Shown: positions 1 to 12,500 of the stretch, one piece after another
Numbering within the stretch: position 1 is the first letter of the stretch
Layout: each line of letters starts with the position of its first letter
DNA from: Octopus sinensis
Taxonomy: Eukaryota
Assembly (NCBI RefSeq): GCF_006345805.1
Contig: NW_021833802.1
Span: 1-54,399 of the forward strand
Reading direction: 5' to 3'
DNA length: 54,399 nucleotides
Translations under genes and position numbers: made by a program
The notes under the pieces: generated by a model
The model's input: only the letters and a program-made list of their open reading frames with translations
Told to the model about the DNA's origin: nothing
The model's database searches: none

Positions 1-95
1 ATAATATGACAACAAAAGAATGAATGAGACCGTGATATTATGTAAAATAGAGGAATTTACCTATAAATATATATGCGACAATTAGTTGGTTGTTA

Positions 96-158
96 TAATA
101 AAACTCAGAGTTTTGGATGCCGGGGCTGAAGTCTGCTCTGACATCTCATCAGTTATTA
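96..158 (-). ncRNA. Degenerate minimal type-I hammerhead ribozyme motif
   Basis: Minus strand reads UAAUAA-CUGAUGA-GAUGUC...GGCAUC-C-AAAA-CUCUGAG-UU-UUAUUA. Stem I is 6 bp and stem II is 6 bp, but GAAA is altered to AAAA with an extra C. Confidence 0.45.
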
Positions 159-171
159 GACATATATATAT

Positions 172-391
172 ATGCAAAGGGATGCTGAAAAGTTACTGGC
201 TTTGGGTAAAAGAAAATACAAGAGGATCAGTTACTAATGATTTTATTCAACATATTCCACTCTTAAATTCACGCACTTATTGCAATGGTCCTTCAATTTT
301 TCTAAGCTCTGTAAAGGAACTCGGAGCATTGGGCCACCAACCAGGCCTTTTGCAATACCCTTAAAGCAGGACTTTTCAACATCCCCTCATA
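172..391 (-). mobile_element. Internally deleted mariner-derived MITE
   Basis: Imperfect TIRs: GGGATGCTGAAAAGTTACTGGCTTT at left and AAAGCAGGACTTTTCAACATCCCC at right. The minus strand encodes SLEKLKDHCNKCVNLRVEYVE*, a mariner transposase C-terminus. Confidence 0.72.
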
Positions 392-416
392 CATACATAT
401 ATATATATATATATAT

Positions 417-672
417 CATCATCATCATTTAGTGCCCGCTTTCCATGCTAGCATGGGTTGGACGGTTCAACTGGGGTCTGGAAAGCCTGAAGGGTGCACC
501 AGGCCCAGTCTGATCTGGCAGTGTTTCTACGGCTGGATGCCCATCCTAACGCCAACCACTCCATGAGTGTAGTGGGTACTTTTTATGTGCCACCCGCACA
601 GGTGCCAGATGGGGCTGGCAAACGGCTGGCAACGGCCACGATCGAATGGTGCTTTTACGTGCCACCGGCACA
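417..672 (-). mobile_element. 3' end fragment of the RTE LINE family seen at 2588-6968
   Basis: Reverse complement aligns with about 6700-6960 (GCTAGCATGGAAAGCGG..., (GAT)n tail). Confidence 0.8.
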
Positions 673-1036
673 CACACACACACACATTCATACTTATCTA
701 TATACATCATTTATGTTTATGAACTAATTAATAATTCACTTCATAGTTTCTTTTGCGGATGATTTAGATGTAATGTTTATTTTTGTCTTTTCCATTAATG
801 TAATGATTTGAAAACAGACAGTTTTGGTGTGAAAATTGAACTGAGTAGTTACATCACTACTTTCCATGAGGGAAAATATCTGCATTTTATTTGCAGAAAC
901 AAAAAGAGTTTATAATTATCTATTGGCGTTAGGAGGGTCTTCATACCAAAGCAGATAGAGTTTTGTGAAGTCCTCTTATTCATCAGCTCCAGTCAAACCA
1001 TCCAACCCGTGCCAGCATAGAAAAATGGATCTTAAA

Positions 1037-1140
1037 TAGTGATGATGATGATGAGCAGGAGGAGGAGGCAGAGGGGGAGAAGAAGGAGGAGGAGGATGGT
1101 GATGATGAGGATGAGGATGATGATGATGATGGTGATGTGT
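1037..1140. repeat. GAT/GAG/GGA trinucleotide microsatellite
   Basis: Read directly from the sequence. Confidence 0.9.
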
Positions 1141-1198
1141 ATTTAAACTGAAACACTGATAAACTGTACCATCTAATTAAGAACAAGAAAAATTAACC

Positions 1199-1654
1199 AA
1201 GAAGCTTGCCTCCCAACAACATGGTTCTAGATTTAGTTCCATAAGCATGGCACCTTGGACAAATGTCTTCAACTATAGCCCCAGAGCCAATCAAAGCCTT
1301 GTGAGTGGATTTGGTAGACAGAAACTAAAAGAAGCCCATTGTACACACACACACACACACACACATATATATGTACGCATGTGTGTATGTATGTTTTGTA
1401 TGTATGTTTGTATGTATGTATGTATGTGTGTGTCTTTCTGTCTTTGTTTTTCCACCACACCACCACCTGACAACTGGTGTTGGTGTGTTTATGTCCCTCA
1501 TAACTTAACGCTTTGTCAAAAGTAACCTGTAGAATAAGTACCAGGCTTAAAATGTAATGAGTACTGTGTTTGATTCATTCAGCTAGAAGTTCAAGGCAGT
1601 GCCCCAGCATGGCCACAGTCTAATGACTAAAACAAGTATGACAATAAAAGATAA
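1199..1654 (+). mobile_element. tRNA-derived SINE with internal CA/TG microsatellite, head eroded
   Basis: GGCACCTTGGACAAATGTCTTC...AAAGCCTTGTGAGTGGATTTGGTAGAC body and CCCCAGCATGGCC...GACTAAAACAAG tail, shared with copies at 25950, 27520, 37135 and 42190. Confidence 0.75.
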
Positions 1655-1959
1655 ACAACACCGTCTGGTCTATTATGCATTAAATAATTAACCATGATGT
1701 CATTATATACAGTTTTAAGAAAATTTGATGTAGAAATTTAAGTGTGTCTAAGTTTGTATATGTTATGAATTACCAGAAACTCTAAATCTTTTCATAAGCC
1801 ATAGAATGGTATTATCTCTCTGATAACAACAATTTAATCAGAACGATTCAATTTTTTCTACCCACAGAGAGATAAAAACCTGTGGTATAAGACCTTTGTT
1901 TATCTTCCATGATGAGTGTAATATTATGTTTATTTAAGAAAGAAAAAGGTATATTACAT

Positions 1960-2245
1960 ATCAAATTATATGTATGTAATATATATGTATATATATATAT
2001 GTGTGTGTGCATATGTGTGTGTATGCATACACACACACATATATATATACATATATATTGTATAATGCATATATAAGTATATAAATATACAATATATATC
2101 TATGTGCATGTAAATATATATATTATATATATATATATATAATATATATATATATCTTATATATATATATATATATATATACATATATACACAAGTATAA
2201 GTAATATAGACATAAATATATATATATATTATATATATATATGAG
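1960..2245. repeat. TA/TG/CA microsatellite tract
   Basis: Read directly from the sequence. Confidence 0.9.
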
Positions 2246-3004
2246 AGAGACATGGTGATAACAGAGGGGCAAAAACGACACCGGGCACTGGGAGAAGACG
2301 AGATTTAGACGAAAGTAAGAAAGGCAAGATTGAGATGGAAGGTTTGCGGTCGTGTGCATAATTTTCTATGAGTGGAAGTTGGGAAAGATGGGTTAGAGAA
2401 TTAAGCGACAGAAAGACCAGATTTGAGACGAGATGTTTTTTTTTTTTTTTGCGGTCGTGTGAATAAGTTTTTTGTGAGCGAAAGTTTATATGCTTCAGCT
2501 AGCATTTGAGACGAAGGATAACGATAATATATGGGGGACACAATAATAAGGCTTGATGGTGATAATAATACTTGCAAAAACAATGAAAGAGACCAACTTC
2601 TACCACGTTCCAGGGAGACAAACTAGAAGTAGTTGATAGCTTCCGCTACCTAGGAGCCAAGTCAGTAGCGGGGGGGGGTGTGCTGAAAGTGTAACTGCTA
2701 GAGTAAGAATAGCCTGGGCAAAGTTTAGAGAGCTCTTACCCCTGGGTGACAAAAGGCCTCTCGCTAAGAGTAAAAGGCAGACTATATGATGCGTGTGTAC
2801 GTACAGCCATGCTACATGGTAGTGAAACATGGGCCGTGACAGCTGAGGATATGCGTAAGCTTGCAAGAATGAAGCCAGTATGCTCCGATGGATGTGTAAT
2901 GTCAGTGTTCATAATCGTCAGAGTGTAAGTACTTTGAGAGAAAAGTTGAACCTAAGAAGTGTCAGTTGTGGTGTGCAAGAGAGACGGCTGCGCTGGTATG
3001 GTCA

Positions 3005-4125
3005 GTACAGAGACGCAGCTAGTCAGGTGAGGGTTGGCAACGAGTACAGTGAAGAATTCCGGGTAGAGGTTGGGGTCCACCAAGTTCAGTCCTCAGCCCC
3101 CTCCTATTTATCATAGTCCTCCAGGCAATAACGGAAGAATTTAAGACAGGATGCCCCTGGGAGCTCCTATATGGATGACCTTGCTCTAATTGCTGAGTCA
3201 CTATCAGAACTGGAGGAGAAGTTTCAGGTGTGGAAACAAGGATTAGAATCGAAGGGCCTTAGAATCAACCTAGTCAAAACCAAAGTCCTAATAAGTAGGA
3301 AGGTGGACCAACCACAAACGACTTCAGGTAGATGGCCCTGCTCGATCTGTAAAAAAGGTGTAGGTAGAACTCTATAAGGTGCACCAAGTGTAAACTATGG
3401 ACACATAAGAGGTGCAGCAATGTCAAGGAAGGCTAACTAAGAAAATAGTTTTTGTCTGTGGCAGATGCTCAGGAGAAAATGAACACTGGAAATGTGCAGA
3501 GACCAACTTCTACCACGTTCCAGGGAGACAAACTAGAAGTAGTTGATAGCTTCCGCTACTAGGAGACCAAGTCAGTAGCGGGGGTGGGTGTGCCTGAAAG
3601 TGTAACTGCTAGAGTAAGAATAGCCTGGGCAAAGTTTAGAGAGCTCTTACCTGCTGGTGACAAAAGGCCTCTCGCTAAGAGTAAAAGGCAGACTATATGA
3701 TGCGTGTGTACGTACAGCCATGCTACATGGTAGTGAAACATGGGCCGTGACAGCTGAGGATATGCGTAAGCTTGCAAGAAATGAAGCCAGTATGCTCCGA
3801 TGGATGTGTAATGTCAGTGTTCATAATCGTCAGAGTGTAAGTACTTTGAGAGAAAAGTTGAACCTAAGAAGTGTCAGTTTGGTGTGCAAGAGAGACGGCT
3901 GCGCTGGTATGGTCATGTGACGAGAATGGCTGAAGATAGTTGTGTGCAAAAGTGCTACACCCTAGCAGTTGAGGGAACCTGTGGAAGAGGTAGACCCAGG
4001 AAAACCTGGGACGAGGTGGTGAAGCACGACCTTCGAACTTTAGGTCTCACCAAGGAAATGACTGAAGACCGAGTCCTATGGAAGTGTGCTGTGCATGAGA
4101 GGACCCGGCAGGACTTGTCAGGCCA
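3005..4125 (+). pseudogene. RTE reverse transcriptase C-terminal half with PHD-type zinc finger, frameshifted
   Basis: ORF fragments 2880..3116, 3171..3377, 3657..3920 and 3884..4153 join into EVGVHQGS...DDL...CSIC...CTKC...HKRC...CGRC...YLG...GSETW. Confidence 0.88.
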
Positions 4126-6790
4126 TATCCCGTGGCCCCTACCTGGGACGTAGTCGATCCACCGTGCATACCTTCCTTCTTGTGACACTTGTGAAGACCT
4201 GCTGAGGCAAGTGAAAATCAATCAAAATAGATGAACTCAATGGAATTTGTATCTTGTGGTACCAGTGCCTATGGCACACAAGAAAACCATCCGAACGTGG
4301 CCGTAGCCAGTACCGCATCGACTGGCCTCCGTGCTGTGGGAACATGGTGGCACATAAAAACACCATCCGAAGACTCGGCAAGACTAGTCAGGTCATAACC
4401 CGTGGGCCCTACCTGGGACGTAGTCAGTCCACCTGTACATACCTTCCTTCTTGTGACACTTGTGAAGACCTGCTGAGGCAAGTGAAAATCAAAATCAAAT
4501 CAAAACAAATCAAAATAGATGAACATCAATGGAATTGTATCCTTGTGGTACCAGTGCCGGTGGCACACAAGAATCCATCCGAACGTGGCCGTAGTCAGTA
4601 CGCTTGTGGTACCAGTGCCGGTGGCACACAAGAATCCATCCGAACGTGGCCGTAGTCAGTACCGCATCACTGGCCATCGTGCTGGGGCACATACAAACAC
4701 CATCCGTCGTGGGCGGTACCAGTGCCGGTGGCACACAAGAATCCATCCGAACATGGCTGTAGTCAGCACCGCCATCACTGGCCATCGTGCTGTGGGCACA
4801 TAACAAACACCATCCGGTCGTGGCCGTTCGCCAGCCTCATCTAGCACCTGTGTCGGTGGCACATAAAAACACCTTCCGAAGACCCGGCAAGACTAGTCAG
4901 GCCATAAACCATGGCCCTACTTGGGACGTAGTCAGTCCACCTGTGCATACCTCCTCCTTGTGATACTTGTGAAGGCCTGTTGAGGCAAGTGAAAATCAAA
5001 ATCAAAATCAAATCAAAACAAATCAAAATAGATGAAACATCAATGGAATTTGTATCTTTGTGGTACCAGTGCCCGGTGGCACACAGAGAAAACTATCCGA
5101 AGTGGCCGTAGCCAATACCGCATCGACTGGCCTCCGTGCTGTGGGCACATAACAAACACCATCCGGTCGTGGCCGTTCCAGCCTCATCTAGCACTGTGCG
5201 GTGGCACATAAAAAAACACCTTCCGAAGACCCGGCAAGAACTAGTCAGGCCATAAACCATGGCCCCTACCTGGGACGTAGTCAGTCCACCTGTGCATACC
5301 TTCCTCTTGTGATACTTGTGAAGGCCTGTTGAGGCAAGTGAAAATCAAAATCAAAATCAAATCAAAAAAATCAAAATAGATGAACATCAATGGAATGTAT
5401 CTTTGTGGTACCAGTGCCGGTGGGCACACAAGAGAAAACTATCCGAAAGTGGCCGTAGCCAGTACCGCATCGACTGGCCTCCGTGCTGTGGGCACATGAC
5501 AACACCATCCGATCGTGGCCATTCGCCAGCCTCATCTAGCACCTGTGTCGGTGGCACATAAAAACACCATCCGAGACCCGGCAAGACTAGTCAGGCCATA
5601 ACCCATGGCCCCTACCTGGGACGTAGTCAGTCCACCTGTGCATGCCTTCCTTCTTGTGACATTGTGAAGACCTGTTGAGGCAAGTGAAAATCAAAACAAA
5701 TCAAATAGATGAACATCAATGGAATCTGTATCTTTGGGTACCAGTGCCGGTGGCACAACACTTTGTGGTACCAGTGCCGGTGGCACACAAGAGAACCATC
5801 CGAACGTGGCCGTAGCCAGTTCCGCATCGACCGGCCTCCGTGCTGTGGGCACGTAACAAACACCATCCGATCATGGCCGTTCGCCAGCCTCATCTGGCAC
5901 CTGTGTCGGTGGCACATAAAAACACTTTCGAAGACCCGGCAAGACTAGTCAGTCCACCTGTGCATACCTTCCTTCTTGTGACACTTGTGAAGACCGGTTG
6001 AGGCAAGTGAAAATCAAATCAAATCAAAATAGACAAAATAGATGAACATCAATGGAATTTGTATCTTGTGGTACCAGTGCCTGTGGCACACAAGAAATCC
6101 ATCAGTGCTGTAGTCAGTGCGGTGGGCAAATGAAAAACCCATCCGATCGTGGCCGTTCGCCAGCCTCATCTAGCACCTGTGTCGGTGGCACATAAAAACA
6201 CCATCCGAAGACCCGGCAAGACTAGTCAGGCCATAAACCCATGGCCCCTACCTGGGACGTAGTCAGTCCACCTGTGCATACCTTCCTTTTGTGACACTTG
6301 TGAAGACCTGCTGAGGCAAGTGAAAATCAAAACAAATCAAAATAGATGAACATCAATGGAATTTGTATCTTTGTGGTACCAGTGCCGGTGGCACGGGGCA
6401 CATAAGAAAACCATCCGAAACGTGGCCGTAGCCAGTACCGCATCGACTGGCCTCCGTGCTGTGGGCACGTAACAAGCACCATCCGATCGTGGCCGTTTGC
6501 CAGCCTCATCTGGCACCTGTGTCGGTTGGAACATAAAAACACCATCCGAGCGGTGGCCGTCTGCCAGCCTCGTCTGGCACCTGTGTCGGTGGGCACATAA
6601 AAAACACCATCCGAGCGTGGCCGTCTGCCAGCCTCGTCTGGCACCTGTGTCGGTGGCACATAAAAAAAACACCATCCGAGCGTGGCCGTCTGCCAGCCTC
6701 GTCTGGCACCTGTGTCGGTGGCACATAAAAAACACCATCCGAGCGTGGCCGTTTGCCAGCCTCGTCTGGCACCTGTGTCGGTGGCACATA
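4107..6790 (+). repeat. Tandem array of the RTE 3'UTR: 7 units of about 270-510 bp, then about 5 copies of a ~62 bp subunit
   Basis: The anchor GGCAAGACTAGTCAG (or a variant) recurs at 4107, 4377, 4886, 5233, 5580, 5938 and 6215. Confidence 0.92.
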
Positions 6791-6964
6791 AAATCACCCA
6801 CTACACTCTCGGAGTGGGTTGGCGTTAGGAAGGCATCCAGCTGTAGAAAACACTGCCAGATCTGACTGGACTGGTGCAGCTTTCGGGCTCCCCAGACCCC
6901 AGTTGAACCGTCCAACCATGCTAGCATGGAAAGCGGACGTTAAATGATGATGATGAGATGATGA

Positions 6965-7045
<81 letters not shown>

Positions 7046-7140
7046 GTATACACATAAACATACACATATAGTATATATAGGTAGACATATATATATATAT
7101 ATATATATATAGGAAAAAAAGCAACAAGAATGGATTAAAA

Positions 7141-7228
7141 TCTCGGTACAATTGTTTCATACGAGGGACATCTTAATAAGCTACAAAAAATGCAGTAAAT
7201 ATAGATGGCTCGTACTCGTCAGCCGAAA
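7141..7228 (-). ncRNA. Minimal type-I hammerhead ribozyme (ACAAUUGU family) in a short PLE-derived 3' fragment (about 7112-7268)
   Basis: UUUCGG-CUGACGA-GUACGAG...CUCGUAU-GAAA-CAAUUG-UA-CCGAGA. Homologous to 44392-44481; the stem II closing pair is G-U. Confidence 0.8.
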
Positions 7229-8314
7229 AAAAAAACATCAGAGAATCCCAAACATCAAAAGGGGTGTATATATATATATACTCATACATATTATATACAT
7301 ATATATGGCTGTATATGTATAAATATGTTTTGTATGTATATGTGTATGTATATGTGTATATGTATATATATATGTACGCATAAACAGACACACACATACA
7401 CACACTAATATACATATATATGTATGTATGAGTCTTTAAATATACACAACATAAATGAGTATATAAGCAAAGCAATATGCCCAGACTGGAATTGGAAGTC
7501 TGGAAGGCTGGAAGACTGGTGGTGGTAATGTAATGCTAACGTTTATACTAAAACCTAAAGTAGAGCACAGACTGACAAATATTTTATTAAATGTGGGCTG
7601 TCCTCACTGGGAATACTTACACCAAACACTATCCAAGAATTTGGAATGGTAGTATTAGAAATTGTTGATAATTTTGTTTTTCCTTTTCTTTTCTTTTCTT
7701 TTCCTTTTTCTTTCTTTCTTTCTTTTTTTTTTTTTTGAATATCAGAATTTAGAAGTATGATTCTTGTAAATAGTCTGAAATGAAAATAAAGTTGTTTTAA
7801 ATGAAATTATAATTACAAAACATGAAATGTTTAGAAAACGTTGAAATTATTTTTCCATATGTTCTGGGCCTGTGGCTTCTTTTTATATTGTGTTTTATTT
7901 TGTTTTTCTTCACACTTCTTTTCTTTTTCCTATTCAATTACTTATTTTTATTTTTCATATTTGTTTTGATTTTTGTTTTGGTTAAGTATGATTGATTTTG
8001 TCATTATTATTATTTTTTTTTTGCCTTCCCTCCCACCTTTTTACCTCCCAACCTCTATCTTATACCAAACTTTAAAATTCAACACAAAAGTTCCACTCAA
8101 ATCACAATAGACTGCCCACCTGCTTAGAATTATAAGTCAATCTATTTATCTCTTAATTACTAGTGTTATAAACAGAATAATTCCTACCAATTTACTCCCA
8201 TTTTCTTTTATTTTAAGTTATTTATTTTATTATTCATTATATGTAAACTCCCAACACTTTAATCCTGTTTTGTATCGTCCCTCCCACATCCTTCACCCTG
8301 GTGGCAAATAAATG

Positions 8315-8343
8315 AAATCATTATTATTATTATTATACTATTA

Positions 8344-8397
<54 letters not shown>

Positions 8398-8734
8398 TAT
8401 TATTATTATTATTATTATATTAGTATTATTAGGATATTATTATTATATACTATTATTATATCATTATTATTATTACTTTCAATATCCTGCGAGTAAATGC
8501 CACAGTCAAGAACTGAAATGCAAGGAAATTAATCAAGTAATAGAGTTGGTCTTTTTTTTCTTTCTTTTCTCTGACTTTTCTTAATTTTTTTCTTCTATTT
8601 TTCTATTTTTCTTTTGATTTTGATCTTGTAATTTCTTTTCATTATTTTCTTTTAATTATGATTATTTATTATTTTGGATTATTATTTCTCTCATAATTAT
8701 GAATTATTATTACTATTGCTAATTATTATTATGG

Positions 8735-8765
<31 letters not shown>

Positions 8766-8947
8766 TTAATATTATTATTATCATCATCATCATTATTATT
8801 ATTATTATTATTATAATTATTATTATTATTATTTATTATTATTATTATTTATTATTATTATTATATTATTATTATTATTATCATATCATCATCATTATTA
8901 TTATTGTTATTTTATTATTATAATATTTATGATTATTATTATTATTA

Positions 8948-8993
<46 letters not shown>

Positions 8994-9018
8994 GTTATTA
9001 TTATTATTATTATTATAT
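8315..9018. repeat. (ATT)n-dominated microsatellite region
   Basis: Read directly from the sequence. Confidence 0.9.
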
Positions 9019-9509
9019 CAAAAAGTTAAATTCCTATTAATCTCATCAGGAAACAGCTTCAAGATATTTTAATTATCACAATGAGGTGATGAGAGTGAAA
9101 TTAAATACTTTTCCATACCAACTTGCTAGTGAAACAGCCACATAAGTATGCTAACACATGTTGACAGATGGCTGTGATGAACTGAGCATTTGTGCCATAT
9201 CCTTTTACAGAATGTCCTAGTTATTTCCCCAAAGTAGTGTGACCCTGCAATAGAAAGATTTTTTTATTATTTTTTTTATTTCATGTTATTTTTTATTTAT
9301 TTTTTATTTTTATTTTTAATATCTATTTTATTTTTATTTTCTTAATCACTACCGTCTTGAGAAACACCAGTTGACATTTAACTCAACACATTCATCTAGC
9401 AACCAGGGTAAAGATAAAAATAAGTAAATAAATAAATAAGTAAAGAAATTAGAAATTTATTTGGAATAAGTAAAGCAACAACAAACGAGGAGAGAGGGGA
9501 ATAGGAAAA

Positions 9510-12500
9510 TGAGAACCTGCCACCACTACGACAACCACTGCCACAAACACCATCACTACCACCATCACTACAACCATGATTGTCGCTACATCAACAACCA
9601 CAATCACAAACATTACCACATCAAGTGCTACTGCAATCAACACCATCAACAATTCAATGACACTACAATTACTATTGTCTTCACAATTGCCACCATAATC
9701 ATCACTACAACCACCAGTACCAGCACAACTACCAACACAACAACAACCATAACTATCACCAACTAACAACCATTAACATCACCATCACAACCACGATCAC
9801 CACCATCACAAACACCTCAACCACCATCATTACCATCAAAACACCACTATCACAACCATCACAACAACCACCATTACGACCACCACCATCACAACCACCA
9901 TCATAACTATCACAACAGCTACCACCATCACCATCACAACCACGACCATCACAACCACCACCATCCCCATCACAACCACCACACACATAACTATCACGAC
10001 CACCACCATCACAACCACAATCATCACAACCACCACCATCACAACCACCACCATCATTACCATCACGACCACCACAATCACAACCACCAATCACAACCAC
10101 CAACCATAGCCCACCACCATCACAAAACCACCGCCATCAGCATCACAACACAACCATCAACACCATCACAACCACCAGCATCACACCACCACCCATGACA
10201 TCACAAACACCCACTATCACGACCACCACCATCACAAACACCACTATCACGACCCACCACCATCACAACCACACTATCATCACCATCACAACCACCATCA
10301 TCACCATCACAAGCAAACACCATCACAACCACAACCATCACAACCACCTCCACCACCATCATCACCCATCACAAGCACCACTATCACAACCCATCACAAC
10401 AACCACCACCATGACCATCACAACCACCACTATCACGACGACCACCATCACAACCACCGCTATCATCACCCATCCACAACCGCCATCATCACCATCAAAA
10501 CCACAACCATCAAAACCACATCATCACCATCACAACCACAACTATCATCACCATCACAATCAACTCGACCACCATCATCACCATCACAACCACCACTATC
10601 ACAACCATCACAACAACAACCATCAACAACCACCATCACAACCACCACCATCACAACCACCATCATCACTATCACAACCACCACCATAATCACTATCACG
10701 ACCACCAACATCACAACAACCACCATCACAAACACCACCATCACCATCACAACCACCACCATCATCATCACCATCAGGACCACCACCATTAAAACCACCA
10801 CCATCACAACAACCACCATCACGACCACCACCACACCATCACAACCCCAACCACCACCATAACAACCACCACCATGACCATCACAACCACCACCATCACA
10901 AACACCACTATCATCACCATCACAAACACCATCATCACCATCACGACCACCACCATCACAACCACCACCATCACAACAAACCACAATCACAACCACCTCC
11001 ACCATCATCATCACCATCACAATTACCACTATCACAACCATCACAACAACCACCATCACAACCACCACCATCACAACCACCATCATCACTATCACAACCA
11101 CCACCACCATCACCATCACAACCACGACTATCATCAATATGACGACAACCAACTTCACAACCACCACCATGACAACCACCACCATCACAACAACCACCAT
11201 CACGACCACCACCGTCACCATCAAAACCACCATCATCACAACCTCCACCATCACAACAACCATCATCACGACCACCACCATCACCATCATAACCACCATC
11301 AACACCATCACCACCACCACAATCACGACCACCACCATAACAACCATCACAACCACCACCATCATGACCACTACCATCACAACCACCACTATCATCATCA
11401 CTATCGCACCATCATCACTATCGCAACCAACACGACCATCACCCTCACAACCACAACCATCATCACTATCACGACAACCAACTTCACAACCACCACCATG
11501 AAAACCACCACCATGAAAACCACCACCATGACAACCACCACCATCATCACCGTCACGACGACCACCATCACAACCACCATCATCACAACCACAACAGCCA
11601 TCATCACGACCAACACCATCAGCATCACGACCACCACCATCACCATCACAGCCACCATCATCACAACCACCACCATCACAACAACCATCATCACGACCAC
11701 CACCATCACCATCACAACCACCATCAACACCATCAAACCACCACCATCACAACCACTACCATAAAACCACCACCCTGACATTCACAACCACCATCATCAC
11801 GACCACCACCATCACAACCACCACTATCATCACCATCACAACCACCATCAACACCATCAGAACCACCACCATCACAACCACCACCATCACAAACACAAGC
11901 ATCTCAACCAACACTAGCCTCAGCATCACAACCACCAGCATCACAACCACAATCATCACTATCACAACCACCACTATCCTCACAATCACAACCACCACAA
12001 TCACAACCACCATCATCACCATAACGACCACCACCATCACAAACACCACCATCACAACCACCACAATCGTCACCATTACAACCACAAACATCATCACTAT
12101 CACAACCATCACCATCACAACCACCAGCATCAAACAACCATCATCACCATCACAACCACAACTATCACAACCACCACCATCACAATCAAAACCACAATCA
12201 TCACTACGACCATCATCACCACTACCATCACAACCACCGACATCACAACCTCCATCATCACAATCACGACCACCACCATCACAACAACCAATATCACAAC
12301 CACCAACATAACAACCACCAGCATCACAAACCCCCACTATCATCACGATCACAACCACCATCACAACCGCCACCATCACCATCACAACCATCATCATCAC
12401 CATCACAACCACCACCATCATAACCACCACCATCAAAAACCGCCAGCATCTCAACCACCACTAGCCTAACCATCACAACAACCAGCAATCACAACCACCA

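Larger units (their letters stand above)
2588..6968 (+). mobile_element. 5'-truncated, rearranged RTE-clade LINE with expanded 3'UTR and (GAT)n tail
   Basis: RT C-terminal fragments (DDLALIAES, FRYLG, LHGSETW, RRLRWYGH, RGRPRKTW), followed by the 3'UTR array and the tail TAAATGATGATGATG. Confidence 0.9.

Noticed and set aside
4180-4225. Hammerhead-like TGAAGA-CCT-GCTG-AGG...GAAA in the RTE 3'UTR units
   Set aside because: Five extra bases separate the stem from GAAA, C3/U4 are missing, and there is no stem I or III.
6460-6790. CRISPR-like look of the ~62-bp repeats
   Set aside because: The units are contiguous with no unique spacers, there are no cas genes, and the context is a eukaryotic LINE 3'UTR.
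9040-9260. Possible minus-strand exon (TTGCAG acceptor, SHYFGEITRTF...) and a CTGATGA at about 9044
   Set aside because: No convincing donor, no recognisable protein, and no GAAA or stems for a ribozyme.
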